Positions 28,865-32,000 of a stretch of 32,000 nucleotides of DNA are shown in pieces. Numbering within the stretch: the first letter of the stretch is position 1; every line of letters starts with the position of its first letter. Source of the DNA: Pasteurella multocida (GTDB taxonomy: Bacteria; Pseudomonadota; Gammaproteobacteria; Enterobacterales; Pasteurellaceae); assembly GCF_900187275.1 (NCBI RefSeq), contig NZ_LT906458.1, forward strand, positions 90,001 to 122,000, given 5' to 3'. The position numbers and the translations under genes were made by a program. The notes under the pieces are model-generated. The model saw nothing but the letters and a program-made list of their open reading frames with translations, ran no database searches and was not told the origin of the DNA.

Positions 28865-30496
28865 ATGAAAAAATTACGATTTCGTTGGTCCTTATCGTCC
28901 AGCAAATTACTTGCCCTCACCGCTTTCTACTTTAGTGTCATCTTAAATTACCCTTTCTATGCCAAAGTACTGAGTATCCACCCTTTAACCCACACCTCTG
29001 CCGATTATTTTATTTACACCATGCCACTGGTGATTTTCGTGATTCTCAATGCGGCTTTTCAAATCATTGCCATACCTGTCATACATAAGATCATCATGCC
29101 TTGTTTGATCGTAATCAGTGCAGCCATTTCTTATAACACGTTATTTTTTGATATTTATTTTAATCGTGAGATGTTGCAAAACGTAGTGCAAAGTAATCTG
29201 GCAGAAGGTTCACGCTTGATCACATGGACTTATCTAGAATGGCTGTTGGCGTTTGGTTTTGTGCCGGCACTGTTATATTGTCTCACTCGTGTTAACTATC
29301 ATCATGTCGTGAAAGAAGTGCTTGTTCGCTTGAGCATGATCTTACTTTCAGTTTTGTTATTTGTTGGTGTGGCAGCGTTTTTCTACCAAGATTATTCCGC
29401 CTTTTTCCGCAATAACAAAAGCCTGACGCATTTATTAGTACCTTCTAATTTCATTGGCGCGACGATTAATGTGATACAGGATTTACGAGCAGCGAATTTA
29501 CCTTATGTGCAACTTGATTTGAAAGCAAGCCAAGCGAAAACGGATCAAGATCGTCATGTCACAGTTTTAATCATTGGCGAAACGACACGTGCGAAAAATT
29601 GGGGGCTTAACCATTATGAGCGACAAACCACCCCGTTATTAGCAAAGCGGGGTGAGGACGTGATTAACTTTCAGCATATGACGAGCTGTGGAACTTCAAC
29701 TGCAGTTTCTGTCCCCTGTATGTTTTCTAGCTTAGATCGTAAACACTTCAGCAATGTACAGGCGGATCACCAAGATAATTTACTGGATATTTTGCAACGA
29801 GCGGGGATTGCTATTAAATGGTTGAATAATAATTCCGATTGTAAAGGCGTCTGTAAACACATTCCTTATCAGAATGTGACAACATTGAATTTAGCGGAAT
29901 ACTGTCGAAATGGAGAATGTTTAGATAATATTTTACTGACGCAAGTGGATCAGCTCCTTGACAGTACAGACAAGGATACAGTGCTTGTTTTGCATACTAT
30001 TGGTAATCATGGACCTACCTATTATGAACGTTATACGCCCGAATATCGCCAATTTGTGCCAACCTGTGATACTAACCAAATCAATCGCTGTTCAAAACAA
30101 CAACTGGTGAATACTTATGACAATGGGATTTTGTATGTAGACCAATTTATTGATCAAGTGATCAGCAAGCTAGAGCAGCGCCAACACTTACAGAGTGCTG
30201 TGATTTACGTGTCTGATCATGGCGAATCCTTAGGGGAAAAAGGTGTTTATTTACATGCCGCGCCCTATGTGATTGCCCCAACAGAGCAGACACATATTCC
30301 GATGATCATGTGGTTTTCACCACGTTGGAAAGCCTCACAACAAGTGGATTTAACTTGTTTACGCCAAAAAGCGAAAGAAGAAGCCTATTCGCATGATCAC
30401 TTTTTTAGTACCGTGTTTGGTTTGATGCAGATGTCGGAGGAGAGTGAAACTTACCAACAAGACATGGATATTTTACGTCGTTGTCGCACACGCTAG
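28865..30496 (+). CDS. eptA: Lipid A phosphoethanolamine transferase (EptA-like)
   Basis: 543 aa; N-terminal TM segments, VTVLIIGETTRAKNWGLNHYERQTTPLL, CGTSTAVSVPCMFS catalytic Thr region, IYVSDHGESLGEKGVYLHAAPY, HDHFFSTVFGL. Confidence 0.9.
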   Translation: MKKLRFRWSLSSSKLLALTAFYFSVILNYPFYAKVLSIHPLTHTSADYFIYTMPLVIFVILNAAFQIIAIPVIHKIIMPCLIVISAAISYNTLFFDIYFNREMLQNVVQSNLAEGSRLITWTYLEWLLAFGFVPALLYCLTRVNYHHVVKEVLVRLSMILLSVLLFVGVAAFFYQDYSAFFRNNKSLTHLLVPSNFIGATINVIQDLRAANLPYVQLDLKASQAKTDQDRHVTVLIIGETTRAKNWGLNHYERQTTPLLAKRGEDVINFQHMTSCGTSTAVSVPCMFSSLDRKHFSNVQADHQDNLLDILQRAGIAIKWLNNNSDCKGVCKHIPYQNVTTLNLAEYCRNGECLDNILLTQVDQLLDSTDKDTVLVLHTIGNHGPTYYERYTPEYRQFVPTCDTNQINRCSKQQLVNTYDNGILYVDQFIDQVISKLEQRQHLQSAVIYVSDHGESLGEKGVYLHAAPYVIAPTEQTHIPMIMWFSPRWKASQQVDLTCLRQKAKEEAYSHDHFFSTVFGLMQMSEESETYQQDMDILRRCRTR

Positions 30497-30521
30497 TATA
30501 GGACATTGAATAAAAGCCAAG

Positions 30522-30546
30522 CAAAGCTTGGCTTTTTTACTGGCTT
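30522..30546 (+). terminator. Intrinsic terminator downstream of the eptA-like gene
   Basis: aaaagccaagc-aaa-gcttggctttttt. Confidence 0.85.
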
Positions 30547-30638
30547 TTTATACAGACTTTCATTGGAAATGCCGTCGATTTAGGCTAAACTATCGCTCAT
30601 CTTTTTTGACTTATTTTATCTAACTACACACCGCTGTT

Positions 30639-32000
30639 ATGACAACCACATATTTCGATTTCACGATTCCTACACAAGCTAATGATCATAAAATTCTGGG
30701 TAATGTTCTGATGGGCGCAGATTGCCTTGCGATAAGCCAAATTGCGCAGCAATATTCAGGTCTGACCGTAGTTGTCACAGCGGATACGCGAAGTGCGGTA
30801 CGTTTAGAGAAAGTATTGGCACAATTTAGTTCATTACCCGTGACTTTTTTTCCAGATTGGGAAACATTACCTTACGATGCATTTTCGCCACACCAAGATA
30901 TTATTTCTTCTCGTTTAAGTGTGCTATCTCAATTACAGCATTGTCAAAAAGGGATTGTCATTTTACCCATTAGCACTTTAATGCAGCATTTATGCCCGCC
31001 GACATTTTTACATCATAATCTGCTGTTAGTGAAAAAGGGTGATGGCTTACAGATTAATAAACTGCGTTTGCAGTTAGAAAGTGCGGGTTATCGTGCGGTA
31101 GAACAAGTGTTAGAGCATGGGGAATATGCGGTGCGTGGGGCATTATTAGATTTATTCCCAATGGGGAGTGCGGTGCCTTTCCGTTTAGATTTTTTTGATG
31201 ATGAAATTGACTCGATCCGCACTTTTGATGTGGATACACAACGTACCCTCGAAGAAATTCAAGCCATTAATTTATTGCCCGCGCATGAATTTCCAACTGA
31301 TGAGAAAGGCATTGAATTTTTCCGTACGCAATTTCGTGAAACTTTTGGTGAAATTCGTCGTGATCCGGAACATATCTACCAGCAAGTGAGTAAAGGTACT
31401 TTAATTTCAGGTATTGAATATTGGCAGCCTTTATTTTTTGAACAGATGGCAAGTCTATTTGATTACTTACCAAAGAATACTTTGTGGTTAGATGTAGGCG
31501 ATATCCAAGAGCAGGGAACGCGTTTTTATCAAGATGCTGAGCAACGCTATGAAAGTCGAAAAGTAGATCCTATGCGCCCGCTTTTACCGCCTGATCGTTT
31601 ATGGTTACGTCTCGAAGAGATTAATCGGATATTAAAGCAATATCCAAGAATCAGTTTCAAACTGGATAAAGTTCGTTCATCGGCACGTCAAAAGAACCTT
31701 GCCGTACAACCTTTACCTGCACTCGCTATTCAATCGCAACACAAAGAACCATTACAGCAATTACGTCAATTTAGTGAGCAATTTAAGGGCAAGATTGTGT
31801 TTTCGGTGGAAAGCGAAGGGCGCCGTGAAACCTTATTGGATTTACTCTCGCCACTCAAAATAAAACCACAAAAATTAACCGCACTTTCCAATATCAGTGA
31901 GAAGTTTAATGTCTTAATAAGTGGATTAGAAAACGGCTTTATTATTGATAAGGATCAGCCAGTTGCGGTGATGACGGAAACCGAGTTGCTTGGTGAGCGA
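30639..32000 (+). CDS. mfd: Transcription-repair coupling factor Mfd, 3' truncated by the window edge
   Basis: Open frame from the ATG at 30639 to the window end (454 codons, absent from the track because it has no stop): MTTTYFDFTIPTQANDHKILGN..., FPDWETLPYDAFSPHQDIISSRL, GYRAVEQVLEHGEYAVRGALLDLFPMG, EFPTDEKGIEFFRTQFRETFG. Confidence 0.93.
   Translation, partial: MTTTYFDFTIPTQANDHKILGNVLMGADCLAISQIAQQYSGLTVVVTADTRSAVRLEKVLAQFSSLPVTFFPDWETLPYDAFSPHQDIISSRLSVLSQLQHCQKGIVILPISTLMQHLCPPTFLHHNLLLVKKGDGLQINKLRLQLESAGYRAVEQVLEHGEYAVRGALLDLFPMGSAVPFRLDFFDDEIDSIRTFDVDTQRTLEEIQAINLLPAHEFPTDEKGIEFFRTQFRETFGEIRRDPEHIYQQVSKGTLISGIEYWQPLFFEQMASLFDYLPKNTLWLDVGDIQEQGTRFYQDAEQRYESRKVDPMRPLLPPDRLWLRLEEINRILKQYPRISFKLDKVRSSARQKNLAVQPLPALAIQSQHKEPLQQLRQFSEQFKGKIVFSVESEGRRETLLDLLSPLKIKPQKLTALSNISEKFNVLISGLENGFIIDKDQPVAVMTETELLGER

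Noticed and set aside
30639-32000. Absence of an ORF at the right end in the supplied track
   Set aside because: Not a gene-free region: the mfd frame is open to the window edge and was omitted because no stop is present.

Overview
The window looks like core chromosome of a Pasteurellaceae bacterium (Pasteurella-like, judged from gene content, e(P4)/GshF/mtl arrangement and AAGTGCGGT uptake sequences). Left to right it carries: mutH (5' truncated), a TerC-family membrane protein, an intact IS200-type element, polA(-), hel/e(P4), a mannitol operon mtlA-mtlD-mtlR(-), a small lipoprotein, rep, tRNA-Ser(GCT), two identical tRNA-Arg(ACG), a PRD-like regulator(-), a YqaB-like phosphatase, a maltose/galactoside O-acetyltransferase, a YqaA-like membrane protein, luxS, purT, bcp(-), dapA, bamC, a DMT transporter, gshF, a HAD phosphatase(-), a PhoH-family gene, ybeY, a coiled-coil lipoprotein, tmcA, a tiny Cys-rich protein, an eptA-like phosphoethanolamine transferase, and mfd (3' truncated). 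I found no defence island, CRISPR, prophage or novel multigene system. The most interesting signal is non-coding: the luxS 5' intergenic region contains, on the minus strand, a sigma-E-like promoter (GAACTT-N16-TCTTA) and, about 75 nt further on, a strong intrinsic terminator with 8 U. This is a candidate unannotated Hfq-type sRNA in the same place and orientation as enterobacterial MicA. Similar GAACTT/AAACTT-N16-TCxAA boxes lie upstream of eptA and bamC. Other notable signals are three perfect CRP palindromes upstream of mtlA, one upstream of hel, an RBS-sequestering hairpin in the IS200 leader, and 14 exact uptake signal sequences.
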